This document shows positions 30,543 through 39,304 of a DNA stretch of 64,000 nucleotides, one piece after another. The position numbers and the translations under genes are program-made. Source of the stretch: a virus; the IMG/VR virus record IMGVR_UViG_3300037483_000299, positions 30,090 through 94,089 of that record. One strand, given 5' to 3'. Numbering within the stretch: position 1 is the stretch's first letter; each line of letters opens with the position of its first letter. A model generated the notes under the pieces. It was given only the letters and a program-made list of their open reading frames with translations, was not told where the DNA came from and did no database searches.

Positions 30543-30725
30543 ATGACTAATAGCGTGGCCAAGCTTGGCCGGTCCCCAGGGGTGAAGGTGGCCCTGTGTG
30601 CCTCCTGCGGTAAACGGTTCGAGCCGCGCCGCGCCAATCAACGGTTCTGTTCGGCAAAGTGCCGGTGGCGGGCCTGGGACGTGGCCCACCCCCGCATCAG
30701 GCCCCGAGATGGGGGGGCCACATGA
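30543..30725 (+). CDS. Small Zn-finger protein, first early gene
   Basis: CASCG..F.P.R..QRFCS..CR. Confidence 0.65.
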   Translation: MTNSVAKLGRSPGVKVALCASCGKRFEPRRANQRFCSAKCRWRAWDVAHPRIRPRDGGAT

Positions 30726-30795
30726 TCTGGCCTGCCGGCATCGCGGCGGCGTTGCGGGCGGTGAAGATCGGCCGGGCCGTGTACGGGCGGGTCGC

Positions 30796-30912
30796 ATGAC
30801 CCGGCTCAATTGGGCAACGCTCTACGCCTCGTGGTGGGTCATCATCCCGCTCGGCTATGGCGTGTGGCTGCTGGGGAAGTGGGTCCGGCGGCGGGGCGGG
30901 AGGGGGCAATGA
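30796..30912 (+). CDS. Small membrane peptide
   Basis: Single TM, coupled. Confidence 0.4.
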   Translation: MTRLNWATLYASWWVIIPLGYGVWLLGKWVRRRGGRGQ

Positions 30913-31370
30913 ACTCGCCTCACAGCCGACGCGCGATCGTCCGGCATTACGGCAAACGGCTGGTCGTATTGTGCGACCTCGGGCATGTCATCGAGACCCA
31001 TGAGATCGACCGGAGCTACGGCGGGTCTGCTCTCCACGTCACGCTGATGCAGCACCAGAACGGTGAGCCGAACCGGTTTGATCGGCTAGCGATGGTCTGT
31101 CAGGGCCACGGCCACGAGGCGGTGGCACGATCCCCTGGCTCGTGGCGCTCGGTCTCCTGCTGCTCTACCTGGGCTACTCCATCGGGGTGCGGCATGGCTG
31201 TTCGCTCGGCAAAACAGAGCGGGAGACGTTGCGGGATGGCCTGGACGCGGCACTCCGGCAGGTGGCGGAAATCCCGCCGTTTGAGGGACCGTACATCATC
31301 GGACCACCGACCTACACGGCGAGCCATGTCTACCAGTACCGGCGTCCGATGGGGCCGCCACGGAGGATAG
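30909..31370 (+). CDS. Hypothetical protein (3' part may be spurious)
   Basis: GAGG RBS; overlaps 31142-31375 in another frame. Confidence 0.4.
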   Translation: MNSPHSRRAIVRHYGKRLVVLCDLGHVIETHEIDRSYGGSALHVTLMQHQNGEPNRFDRLAMVCQGHGHEAVARSPGSWRSVSCCSTWATPSGCGMAVRSAKQSGRRCGMAWTRHSGRWRKSRRLRDRTSSDHRPTRRAMSTSTGVRWGRHGG

Positions 31371-31375
31371 GATGA
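31142..31375 (+). CDS. Small membrane protein
   Basis: TM segment; coupled to next ORF. Confidence 0.4.
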   Translation: MALGLLLLYLGYSIGVRHGCSLGKTERETLRDGLDAALRQVAEIPPFEGPYIIGPPTYTASHVYQYRRPMGPPRRIG

Positions 31376-31548
31376 GCGACCACCAGGCAATCAAGCGGAT
31401 ACTCCTGAGCGAGTTGTCCTCCGGTTGGAGCGACGGGGAACGCCACCGGCGGGCCTGTCTCCTAGCCGAGCGTATTGAGCGCGCCCTTACCTTGGCGCAC
31501 CGCAATCGGGGCAAGGCCGTGAAGTTGCTGCTCACGGTGGCCCGATGA
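31372..31548 (+). CDS. Small hypothetical protein
   Basis: GGAGG RBS, ATGA overlaps at both ends. Confidence 0.45.
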   Translation: MSDHQAIKRILLSELSSGWSDGERHRRACLLAERIERALTLAHRNRGKAVKLLLTVAR

Positions 31549-31754
31549 CCCCGCCTCGCGTCGTGCTCACACGTCAAGATCACCTTGCCGACTGCGGCTG
31601 CGAGTGGGAGGAAGGCTGCTGGTATCCCTGCGCGAGCTGCATGGCGTACGCGCAGTACGTCCCGGACGGCTTGCCCGGCTATCCCGGAATGCCGTTGCCG
31701 CAGTACGACGCGGCGTGGATTGACAAGCTGCCTGACTTCCCGATGGGGCGCTGA
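31545..31754 (+). CDS. Small Cys-rich protein
   Basis: CGC...C.PC..C; coupled. Confidence 0.45.
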   Translation: MTPPRVVLTRQDHLADCGCEWEEGCWYPCASCMAYAQYVPDGLPGYPGMPLPQYDAAWIDKLPDFPMGR

Positions 31755-31963
31755 TGGGGTGCTCGCCTGATCTGGACCGCTCGGTGGAGGAGCTGACGGA
31801 CGCCGGATACCGCGTCCTCACTCCACTGGAACGCGCGGCGCTGCTGCTGAATGTGAATCTCTGCCGGAACCTGCTGGCGTACCAGCGGAGTGCGGAGACA
31901 GACGAGATGAACCAGGCGCTGAAGTGGGTGGCTGACAGTCTCGAAGGTAGCACGCACACCTAA
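31754..31963 (+). CDS. Small hypothetical protein
   Basis: TGATG coupling. Confidence 0.45.
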   Translation: MGCSPDLDRSVEELTDAGYRVLTPLERAALLLNVNLCRNLLAYQRSAETDEMNQALKWVADSLEGSTHT

Positions 31964-32003
31964 CCCCGGAACGCCGGAGAGCCCGGCGGGAGGATGTAGG
32001 ACC

Positions 32004-32621
32004 ATGAGTCAGAAACCGGACAGCACGACCGCGAAGGATAGCGGGACCAGTTTCGCCGCGCATCCCGAAGGCCAGTACGCGATGGTCTGCGTGGACGTGG
32101 TGAACCTGGGCACGAACATCGAACAGTTCCCCGGTCAGGACGCCAAGGAAGTGGACAAGGCGGCGCTGGTGTTCGCCTCGGGGGAGCGGCAAGAGGACAA
32201 GACGTTGACCGTGGTCACCGTCGAAATGACGCTCTCCATGAACGAGAAGGCGAACATGCGGAAGTTCTTGGAGAGCTGGCGTGGGAAGTCGTACACGCCG
32301 GAGCAGGCGGCGTCCGGTGTGCCGCTCCACAAGGTCCAGGGCCAGACGGCGCTCGTGAGTGTCGAGCACATTTTGACCAAGCGGGGCCGGAAGTTCGCCA
32401 AGGTACGGAGCATCGCGCCCCTGCCCAAGAAGATGGACGCCCCCGACGCTGGCGTGTTGGAGGAATACGAGCGGCCGAAGTTCTTGGAAGACAAGAAGGC
32501 CGAATACGCCAAGGCGCTGGCGAAGTACCGGCAGGACGTGCATGCCGACGTGGATCAGTCCGTTGGGGAGTATCCCGACGACTTCGATCAGACCGACGAC
32601 ACAGACGATCTGCCGTTCTGA
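32004..32621 (+). CDS. Putative single-stranded DNA-binding/replication protein
   Basis: PEGQY...CVDVV.LG, LS..EKA..RK.LESWRG, acidic DDLPF C-terminus. Confidence 0.75.
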   Translation: MSQKPDSTTAKDSGTSFAAHPEGQYAMVCVDVVNLGTNIEQFPGQDAKEVDKAALVFASGERQEDKTLTVVTVEMTLSMNEKANMRKFLESWRGKSYTPEQAASGVPLHKVQGQTALVSVEHILTKRGRKFAKVRSIAPLPKKMDAPDAGVLEEYERPKFLEDKKAEYAKALAKYRQDVHADVDQSVGEYPDDFDQTDDTDDLPF

Positions 32622-33034
32622 TGCAGACACCTGACCATGCGGTTGCGCGGTCACCGATGGCGGAGATTGAAGGCCGTCTCGGGATTGATCCGATTCACGT
32701 CCTGAACGCCCAGCGGTTGGCGCTCATCAACGAGGGCTGTGACTTGCGGGCGGTGCATGGCGCGTTCGGCACGTTTGACCCGCAGCGCAAAAGCCAGCTC
32801 GCGGTCATCAAGATGGCGCTCCGGGCCCGGGCGCAACTCGACAAGGTGAAAGTCACCGAGGCCAGCCTGGACGATCAGGCCCATGCGGACCCCCGGTATG
32901 TCGAGTTCGTGACCGAGGCGACGAAGCAGCGGGCCCGGCTGGCGCAGATCGAGGGCAAGATCGAGGCGATAGACCAGACGATCAGGAGAGCCAACGTGGT
33001 GGCCCGCTACGTGTGTGATGAGACGCGGCTGTGA
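32621..33034 (+). CDS. Helical protein, UvsY-like recombination mediator candidate
   Basis: KVTEA......ADPRY helical pattern next to SSB. Confidence 0.45.
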   Translation: MQTPDHAVARSPMAEIEGRLGIDPIHVLNAQRLALINEGCDLRAVHGAFGTFDPQRKSQLAVIKMALRARAQLDKVKVTEASLDDQAHADPRYVEFVTEATKQRARLAQIEGKIEAIDQTIRRANVVARYVCDETRL

Positions 33035-33285
33035 GGAACCGGAAGCGGTGCCCGCCCTTTGTGCCGCCCGATCTCTGGGCGCAATGCCAGAAGACGATGC
33101 AAGTCTGCTGGAAACATCAGTGGTACGGGCTCGCGGCGGGCGCATGTCCGGGCTGTCATCCCCGACCGGACGTGACGATGCCTACGGGCGTATACGACCC
33201 GGGCGACGTGTACGGGGACGGCCCGATGCCGCCGCATACGACGGGAATCCGCGAGGAGCGGATCGAGAAAGGCGGGACCCCATGA
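33031..33285 (+). CDS. Hypothetical protein
   Basis: GTGA coupling. Confidence 0.4.
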   Translation: MRNRKRCPPFVPPDLWAQCQKTMQVCWKHQWYGLAAGACPGCHPRPDVTMPTGVYDPGDVYGDGPMPPHTTGIREERIEKGGTP

Positions 33286-33503
33286 GCGGCGCGACGCGGA
33301 AGCCCCAGGTGGGCGACGTGGTGATGGTGAATGGACGGGTCCCGCGCCACCTCTGGGACGATGTACCACCTGGCACGATTGGCATGGTTCAAGGGCGGAC
33401 CGGTAGCGGCGTCATGTGGTGGGTTCAACTCAGCGACGTAGGAGCACATGCCCGGCGTTGGTTCTTCGCGCGCGAACTGTCGGTCTTGGGAGATATCCGA
33501 TGA
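33282..33503 (+). CDS. Small SH3-like hypothetical protein
   Basis: QVGD.V...GTIG.V...WF...EL. Confidence 0.5.
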   Translation: MSGATRKPQVGDVVMVNGRVPRHLWDDVPPGTIGMVQGRTGSGVMWWVQLSDVGAHARRWFFARELSVLGDIR

Positions 33504-33820
33504 CCCCGCCCCGTGAGGCCGCGCCGACCTCGCGCCCGTGGTACGTAGATGAGGGGACCAACGTCTACGATGCCAACCACAGGTTCGTCGCGGAGTGTGA
33601 CCAGTCGGAATTCGCCGAGCTGATTGTGTCCGCCGTGAACGCCTACGACCCCGAGGCCCTGGCCCGGCTGACGGCCGAGAACGTGCGGCTCCGGGCGGCG
33701 CTGGATGAATGTCTCAACGTACTCATCGGCTGTGTAGTCCCAGGCCCCGGCGTTGACGACCGGGCCGCAATGCTTGGGGCTCAAGCTATGGCCCGTGCGG
33801 CGCTGGCGGGGACCCCATGA
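33500..33820 (+). CDS. Hypothetical phage early protein
   Basis: T..PW...AELIV.AVN motif. Confidence 0.55.
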   Translation: MTPPREAAPTSRPWYVDEGTNVYDANHRFVAECDQSEFAELIVSAVNAYDPEALARLTAENVRLRAALDECLNVLIGCVVPGPGVDDRAAMLGAQAMARAALAGTP

Positions 33821-34119
33821 CCGACCCCCGTCCCCTCGATACCCCGATGGGCCATCCCATCGTCTCCCGTCATGCCGACGACGTGGCCATGCGCCGGGAG
33901 CCCCTGGTCAGCCAGCGACACGCGGCCTGCGTCTGTGGCCGGCCGGTGAGTGCCGGGCTGGTGTGGTGGAACTTCTGCGGGGACTGCGTTGAGCAGCTCC
34001 CCGAGAGTATTCGGGAGCGGCTGTACCGGACCTATCAGATGGGCGCCCCACGGCAATCAATGGTCTGGCAGGCGGCGCATGATGAGGCGCGGGCGTTGCT
34101 GAACCGGGAGGGGACGTGA
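33817..34119 (+). CDS. Zn-binding hypothetical protein
   Basis: C.CG...FC..C...LP..IR..L. Confidence 0.55.
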   Translation: MTDPRPLDTPMGHPIVSRHADDVAMRREPLVSQRHAACVCGRPVSAGLVWWNFCGDCVEQLPESIRERLYRTYQMGAPRQSMVWQAAHDEARALLNREGT

Positions 34120-34349
34120 GCTGGCGCGAACATCAGGTCTTGAAGTTGGCGCTCATACGCGCCATGCCCTCGTACTCCGACACAGAGAGTAACGCGTGTC
34201 GGCTTGCCGGCGTGCTGCGCGAAGCCTTCAGTATCACGCGACGGCATGGTGGCGGGATCGCTGCGGCACTGGAACACATCATAGATGCCTACCCAACGCC
34301 CCGGACGCGCAAGGTTGAGGACAAGCCAGCGCAAGAGCGGAAAGCGTGA
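34116..34349 (+). CDS. Hypothetical protein
   Basis: Coupled ORF. Confidence 0.4.
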   Translation: MSWREHQVLKLALIRAMPSYSDTESNACRLAGVLREAFSITRRHGGGIAAALEHIIDAYPTPRTRKVEDKPAQERKA

Positions 34350-34537
34350 CTCCCGTGACGCGGGACCCGCTGGCCGTGGCCGCGCGACGGCTGCTCAAGG
34401 CGCTGGAGCGCGCCGAGGAAATGCGGGTTGCCGCCTGGGTCCGTGTAAGCCAAAAGGAGGCGGCACAGCGGGCAACTGCATTACGGCGGGCTAGGCGAGC
34501 CGTTGAGCGGGCGCTGGCCCACCGGAGGCGTCCATGA
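34346..34537 (+). CDS. Hypothetical protein
   Basis: Coupled ORF. Confidence 0.4.
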   Translation: MTPVTRDPLAVAARRLLKALERAEEMRVAAWVRVSQKEAAQRATALRRARRAVERALAHRRRP

Positions 34538-34833
34538 AACTGACGCTCCATGTTCGTGTGAAGGATAAGCACGCAGCCACCCTTTCTGTTATGGCGCGTG
34601 ATGTCAATTTCATCTGGAATCCCCGACCCTCGTGGCTCCTCCGCGAAGCGGCCCGCGTCGTGATGCCCTGCGGCCGGATCGGGATGCTGCACGTTGCGGT
34701 GCCATTCGCCCCTCCGGGCTGTCGGCTGGTCACGGTGTACGGTGTCAGTACGGGCGTCGGCTTTCGGATCCGCGCCTTCACGATCTACGAGCGTGCACAA
34801 GCCGGGTTGTTCGGGGCGGACGGTGACCAATGA
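34534..34833 (+). pseudogene. Chimeric ORF: TnpB-like N-terminal 29 aa fused to methyltransferase-like C-terminus
   Basis: TLHVRVKDKHA..L..MARDVNFIWN then LLREAARVVMPCGRIG. Confidence 0.5.
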
Positions 34834-35138
34834 CCGCGCCCCAGCTCGCCTTGCCCTTCGCCTCGAAGTTGGAGCGCGCCTTCTGGGCGTTTCATCGGGC
34901 GAACCCCCAGGTGTACCGGGAACTGGAACGTCGGGCGTTGGCGCTGCATCGGGCGCGGCCTCAGCTCAAGTTCGGCGTGGCGCTGCTGTGGGAACCCATG
35001 CGGTACAGTGCGCTGATGGAGACGACGGGCGATCCGTTCAAGTGCAACAACGATTGGCGCAGTCGGTACGCCCGGCTGCTGGTGGAGAAGCGGCCGGAGC
35101 TGAAGGGCTGGATCACCATGCGGGAGCTGAAGGCCTAG
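34830..35138 (+). CDS. Conserved phage hypothetical protein
   Basis: F..FH..NP.VY...FK.NN..RS.YARL. Confidence 0.7.
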   Translation: MTAPQLALPFASKLERAFWAFHRANPQVYRELERRALALHRARPQLKFGVALLWEPMRYSALMETTGDPFKCNNDWRSRYARLLVEKRPELKGWITMRELKA

Positions 35139-35351
35139 GCGGATGCCAACCGGGTGGGTGGCCCTTGCCAACCGGATGGGACGGCCCCATTTTGTAGGAG
35201 TCGGCATGACTCTTTACATGGCGACCAGTACACAAGCGAAGCGACGCACCGCCGTATGTGCCCTGTCCTGTCCCGGCCACCCGCCGACCAGGACGTTAAA
35301 GAGAGGGCGTCAGCGGCGGTGTTCTTTTGGTGGCTTACGTCGCATCTTCGT

Positions 35352-35495
35352 GGGGCAGCCGCCCGGGATAGCAGCCCGGTGGCATCCGGTAGTAGCGGCG
35401 CTGTGCCGAGCCCGGATGAATCTAAGTCGCTCGCAATCCCCAGAGCACAGCGTGGGGAACGCGACAGCCGGTGCAAGCCCGGCCTGCCCCTGCCA
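35352..35495 (+). ncRNA. tRNA-like cloverleaf RNA (not a canonical tRNA)
   Basis: 7-bp GGGGCAG/CTGCCCC closing stem, three internal hairpins, 5-bp T-arm with 7-nt TGCAAGC loop, 3' TGCCA. Confidence 0.6.
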
Positions 35496-35777
35496 CCGTC
35501 CCGGCGGTTCGTGTCACCGCTACCGCCCGGGCTCATGCAACCTGAGCCCCAACCAACCAGCGGGAAGTCCCTCCCAGCATGGCAATCATCCAATCCGGGC
35601 AACGCGGAAGCGCGCCCCGGTCGGCGGGGTTCATGTGCGGAGCGGTGTCGGCTTCATGTGGGAGCCAAGAAAGTCGTACCCTGGGAGACCGTCGCCCGGG
35701 GTTGACCGCCCGGACCCTCTCAGCACGACTCCACAGTCACGGTTGCTGGTGATTCACCTTTTGCTGCTGGGGGCGTC

Positions 35778-36353
35778 ATGCCTACTACCCCGCCGCTAAA
35801 CTCGGCTCATCTGGACGGCTGGAATGTGAGCGCGGCGGGCGTGCTCCGGCAGGTCTGCAAACTGGACGGCGGCGAGTTGGCAAAGGCGTTGAGTTGGTGG
35901 GGCAAGCTCCGGGTGCGCGGCCCGAGCGATGGGGACATTCAGGCAGCGATCAAAGGGCTCCCGCATGTGGTCCGGGTCACGCCACCGTGGCGCCCCTACT
36001 GCATGTTCAAGAAGGCCAACCGTGCCCTGTTCTTGGAGGCGATGAGTGCGGGACGGAAGCGGGAGACGGGGAGCGCCAAGCGCCTGGGGGCCATCATGGC
36101 CGAGCTGACCAAGCCCGCCTGTCTCCGGTGCGGCAACGAGCTGGTGGCGGGTCACTGTATCGCCACCCCGGGTTGGTGCCGGGATCATCCCCTGAAGGGC
36201 TGCGAGCGGGAACGGAGTAGCGCCATGCTGAACGCGGACTGGAACCTCTGGCGGGCAGACGGGAGGCCGGAGACGTGGGAGCGGCGGTATCCGCTGAACG
36301 GCCGGCAGGAGCGGGCGGACCATCAACTCCGCGCCGCAGGAGACGCGACATGA
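35778..36353 (+). CDS. Hypothetical protein with C-terminal Cys cluster (replication-region position)
   Basis: ORF after structured leader; coupled to next gene. Confidence 0.5.
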   Translation: MPTTPPLNSAHLDGWNVSAAGVLRQVCKLDGGELAKALSWWGKLRVRGPSDGDIQAAIKGLPHVVRVTPPWRPYCMFKKANRALFLEAMSAGRKRETGSAKRLGAIMAELTKPACLRCGNELVAGHCIATPGWCRDHPLKGCERERSSAMLNADWNLWRADGRPETWERRYPLNGRQERADHQLRAAGDAT

Positions 36354-36727
36354 AAGTTTCCGAGATGCCAGCCGGGCGGGAGTTAGACGCGCTGGTGGCC
36401 GTGAGGGTGATGGGATGGACGCTCTGCAACCGGGTGGCTATGGGATGGGGCGATGGGCCGCCAGTCTTTGCGACGGGCGAGGACCCCTACGATGACACAG
36501 CCCGACCCTCCCGTCAGGACTGGCGACCGTCCGAGAACATCACCGCCGCGTGGGAAGTGGTGGAGAAGATGGCGGCCTGCCACCCGTCGCTTCACCGCTA
36601 CGTGCTACCCGATCTCTGGCGTTGTGTCATGAACGTGAACCGACATGCCGTGAGCGCAATGGCACTTACTGGCCAGCTCGCCATCTGCCGCGCCGCGCTT
36701 CTCGCCGTGGGGATCACCGACGTATGA
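36350..36727 (+). CDS. Phage ABA-sandwich-domain protein
   Basis: AGRELDALVA..VMGW...S..I.AAW.VVEK...LAICRAAL. Confidence 0.75.
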   Translation: MKVSEMPAGRELDALVAVRVMGWTLCNRVAMGWGDGPPVFATGEDPYDDTARPSRQDWRPSENITAAWEVVEKMAACHPSLHRYVLPDLWRCVMNVNRHAVSAMALTGQLAICRAALLAVGITDV

Positions 36728-36954
36728 GCGACTACGGCTGGACCTCTGAGGAAGCCCGCGCCAAGAGCGTGGCCGCGCTGTACGGGCGTCCCAAAGGCCG
36801 TCTGCGGGACCGCAAGTTCGGGGTGCATGACCTCGACCGCGTAGACGGGCCGGTGTCCACCCAGACCGAAACGCGGTGCCGGTGCGGGAGTAACCGGGTG
36901 TTGCCGAGCGGGAACTGTCGGCGGTGCGGGCAACCACGAAAGGCGGGGACGTGA
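36724..36954 (+). CDS. Small Zn-ribbon protein
   Basis: CRCG...CRRCG. Confidence 0.45.
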   Translation: MSDYGWTSEEARAKSVAALYGRPKGRLRDRKFGVHDLDRVDGPVSTQTETRCRCGSNRVLPSGNCRRCGQPRKAGT

Positions 36955-37220
36955 CGCTCCCTTCCGTCCTCTGGCGGCTGATCGGCCCCTGCTGTGTGCT
37001 CGGCGCCGTGCTGGGCTTCCTCGCCTTTTTCTGGAAAGCCGCCGGTCCCGAGGCATGGGAGATTGAGGCTGAACGCCGTCAGTTGGTGGCCGAGTTCTGC
37101 CCGCTGGAGCTAGTGACGATTCCCGCCCTGACGTGGACGCGGGACAGCGGGACGGCGGGACTGGTGGCGTTTCTGGACAGCAACGCGACGCGGCAGGCCG
37201 TGAGACGGAGGGGCCGATGA
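36951..37220 (+). CDS. Small membrane protein
   Basis: N-terminal TM. Confidence 0.45.
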   Translation: MTLPSVLWRLIGPCCVLGAVLGFLAFFWKAAGPEAWEIEAERRQLVAEFCPLELVTIPALTWTRDSGTAGLVAFLDSNATRQAVRRRGR

Positions 37221-37462
37221 GCGACGGAACATCAGGAACGTGGTATGATGTCCAACTTCGACCTGATTTCTCGGTTAGAATCCGACTACCCGATGACTTG
37301 ACGGTGCGGGAAGCGGGCCAACTGCGCCACTATTTGACGGGAATCGCTAGGTCTAGTAGGAAGAAGTGGACGTGTCTCTCTGCGCGGGAAATCGGTCGCG
37401 CGATGCGGAAAGCGGACGCACGGTTCGCTGCTTTTCTTGCGGGGTCTGAGGCTGGATCGTGA
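37217..37462 (+). CDS. Hypothetical protein
   Basis: LRPDF.V.I.LP.DLT..EA..L motif. Confidence 0.5.
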   Translation: MSDGTSGTWYDVQLRPDFSVRIRLPDDLTVREAGQLRHYLTGIARSSRKKWTCLSAREIGRAMRKADARFAAFLAGSEAGS

Positions 37463-37830
37463 CCCTCCCCCGCGTGCTCGTCCTGCCGTTGCCGCCGAAC
37501 CTCGCGAATGGCCGGCAACACTGGCGGGTGAAGCTGGCCGCCAAGCAGCGGTACTACGAGGCCGCCCGGCTGGCCCTGATCGCGCAGGTGGGGGTTGCCG
37601 GATGCATGGAGCCGCCCCACGTCGTGCGCGTCGAGCCGGTGTTGTACCTGCATCAGGGGATGGACCACGACAACGCCGCCGCCCGCGTGAAGTGGCCACT
37701 CGATTGCTTGGTGGGTCATGGGCTGCTGTACTCCGACGCGCCGCGCTGGTGTGACCTAGTGATGCCGCGACAGGTGATAGACCGCAAAGCGCAGCGTGTG
37801 GAGATCACGTTGATGGAGGTGGCGGGATGA
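37459..37830 (+). CDS. RusA-like Holliday junction resolvase
   Basis: LP.PP..N...D.DN....K..LD.LV..G....D....RVEITL. Confidence 0.75.
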   Translation: MTLPRVLVLPLPPNLANGRQHWRVKLAAKQRYYEAARLALIAQVGVAGCMEPPHVVRVEPVLYLHQGMDHDNAAARVKWPLDCLVGHGLLYSDAPRWCDLVMPRQVIDRKAQRVEITLMEVAG

Positions 37831-37988
37831 AAGCAATCCTGAAAATGGAGTTGGCGTACAAGAAGATGCCGATTGCTGACGCCATTGTCATGCTTCAAGG
37901 CTTCGCCGACGAAGGGGCGACGCACGTCACCATGCGGGTACGCTGGGAGGAACCGACGGCCGAGCGGCATACGGAGGTAGCGGGATGA
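37827..37988 (+). CDS. Small hypothetical protein
   Basis: GGAGG RBS, coupled. Confidence 0.4.
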   Translation: MKAILKMELAYKKMPIADAIVMLQGFADEGATHVTMRVRWEEPTAERHTEVAG

Positions 37989-38215
37989 GCGACGAGACGG
38001 CGGTGGGGCGGATTGCGGCGGTGCTCCGACAGGTGTTGCCCGTGCAGTGGCCACATGAGATGGCGGCCCGCGCCCTGCTGGCCTCGGGCTGCGTGGTGGG
38101 GCTACCGGTAGAGCCGAGCCCGATCCTCGACAAACTCTACCGCCAACAGGGCCTTGATCTTGATGTCGCGCTCTATGCGGTTGCCCAGCGTCAGGCGGAA
38201 GGAGCGGCAACGTGA
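37985..38215 (+). CDS. Hypothetical protein
   Basis: GGAGG RBS, coupled. Confidence 0.45.
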   Translation: MSDETAVGRIAAVLRQVLPVQWPHEMAARALLASGCVVGLPVEPSPILDKLYRQQGLDLDVALYAVAQRQAEGAAT

Positions 38216-38550
38216 GCGACGAACGCTTGGCCGTACCGATTGCCAGCCAAGAGAAGTGGGATCGCATCCTCGCGGTGACGGAAGCGGCGGCTATCGAAGC
38301 CACCGGTAACGGCGAGTTTGCGGCCTACTTGGTTCGTTGGATCATGCAGCAGCGAGAACCTGAATCCCAGCGCGCCACGGTCGCGGCCTTCCTGCGGGAT
38401 GCGGCAGCAGTACTTGATAGTGCATCGCCGGCCCATGCCTATGCGATGCGGACGATTCGAGACTTGGAAATCTGGTTGCAGCGGTGGCCCGGCGTGGGGA
38501 GCGCCAAGGATCACACCGAGTTGAACCCGTGGAAAGGTGGCCCCGCATGA
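38212..38550 (+). CDS. Hypothetical protein
   Basis: AAGGAG RBS, coupled. Confidence 0.5.
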   Translation: MSDERLAVPIASQEKWDRILAVTEAAAIEATGNGEFAAYLVRWIMQQREPESQRATVAAFLRDAAAVLDSASPAHAYAMRTIRDLEIWLQRWPGVGSAKDHTELNPWKGGPA

Positions 38551-38756
38551 CCGACGACCTCCGCCGCGTGGTGGCTGAAGTGGAGCGGGAGATGCGACGC
38601 GCGGCCGAACGCACGGAGGCTGCGATGTACCCCGACGAGATCAATCGGCCGCCTTTGCGAGAGTGGGTCGACCGACTCCGGGACGCGCTGGAGGCAGGAC
38701 AGCCGAGACGCGGTGATACGGTATCGACCTACGGAGCCTACGAGGACCCCATATGA
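38547..38756 (+). CDS. Hypothetical protein
   Basis: Coupled. Confidence 0.45.
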   Translation: MTDDLRRVVAEVEREMRRAAERTEAAMYPDEINRPPLREWVDRLRDALEAGQPRRGDTVSTYGAYEDPI

Positions 38757-39304
38757 CCGACGCTGACCAGGCCCCACCCGAGGGCATGAAGCCCGGCGCT
38801 GTTGTGAACTGGTGTCCTGTGCATAACGGGCCGCTCTCGGATCATGTCGGCGACTACTGCCCGGCAACGGCCCCACCCGAGGGCGAGCACCGCGCGGTGC
38901 TTGAGGAAATGGTGGCCATCCTCGACGAGAATCTACGTGTTGGGTTCTTGGTTGGCCCAAGCGAACGGCACAAGGCGGCGCTCACCTGGGCGCTAGCCAC
39001 CCTGCGCGTGGCGGCTCCCGCGCCTCCGGCAGCGGGTGGGCTGGATGGCGTCGCTTCCTTGCTCTGTGAATCGCGGCGTCATGGGGGTGCCCGGCCCTGC
39101 GCGTTCTGCCGGATGCAAGTTGCCGCCGCCGTGGAGGCCGCCCGGCCCGCGCCGCTCCTGCCGTGCCCGAATTGTGGCGGTCCGATCACTCGCACGCGGA
39201 ACGATGTTGCCGAGTGGGACCACTGCCATTCGTGTGGTGAGGACGTGCGGCGCGTGTACTTCGAGGGGCCCACCCCACGCGACCCGGCAGGAGGTAAGAC
39301 ATGA
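38753..39304 (+). CDS. Mosaic Cys-rich hypothetical protein
   Basis: Several CxxC pairs separated by APPEG/AARP linkers. Confidence 0.5.
   Translation: MTDADQAPPEGMKPGAVVNWCPVHNGPLSDHVGDYCPATAPPEGEHRAVLEEMVAILDENLRVGFLVGPSERHKAALTWALATLRVAAPAPPAAGGLDGVASLLCESRRHGGARPCAFCRMQVAAAVEAARPAPLLPCPNCGGPITRTRNDVAEWDHCHSCGEDVRRVYFEGPTPRDPAGGKT

Noticed and set aside
35352-35495. tmRNA or canonical tRNA
   Set aside because: Too short for tmRNA with no tag ORF; arms too long and no 7-nt anticodon loop for a tRNA
35454-35500. Cobalamin riboswitch (GGGAA...CCGGTGCAAG.CCGGC.TGCCCC.GCCAC.GT resembles it)
   Set aside because: No clear downstream B12 box or B12-related gene, and the segment is fully explained by the cloverleaf; an Rfam scan is needed to exclude it
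35143-35799. Long ORFs 35143-35799 and 35154-35705
   Set aside because: Ser/Pro/Arg/Gly-rich with no motif, as expected from translating structured GC-rich RNA; a leader ORF from ~35206 is not excluded
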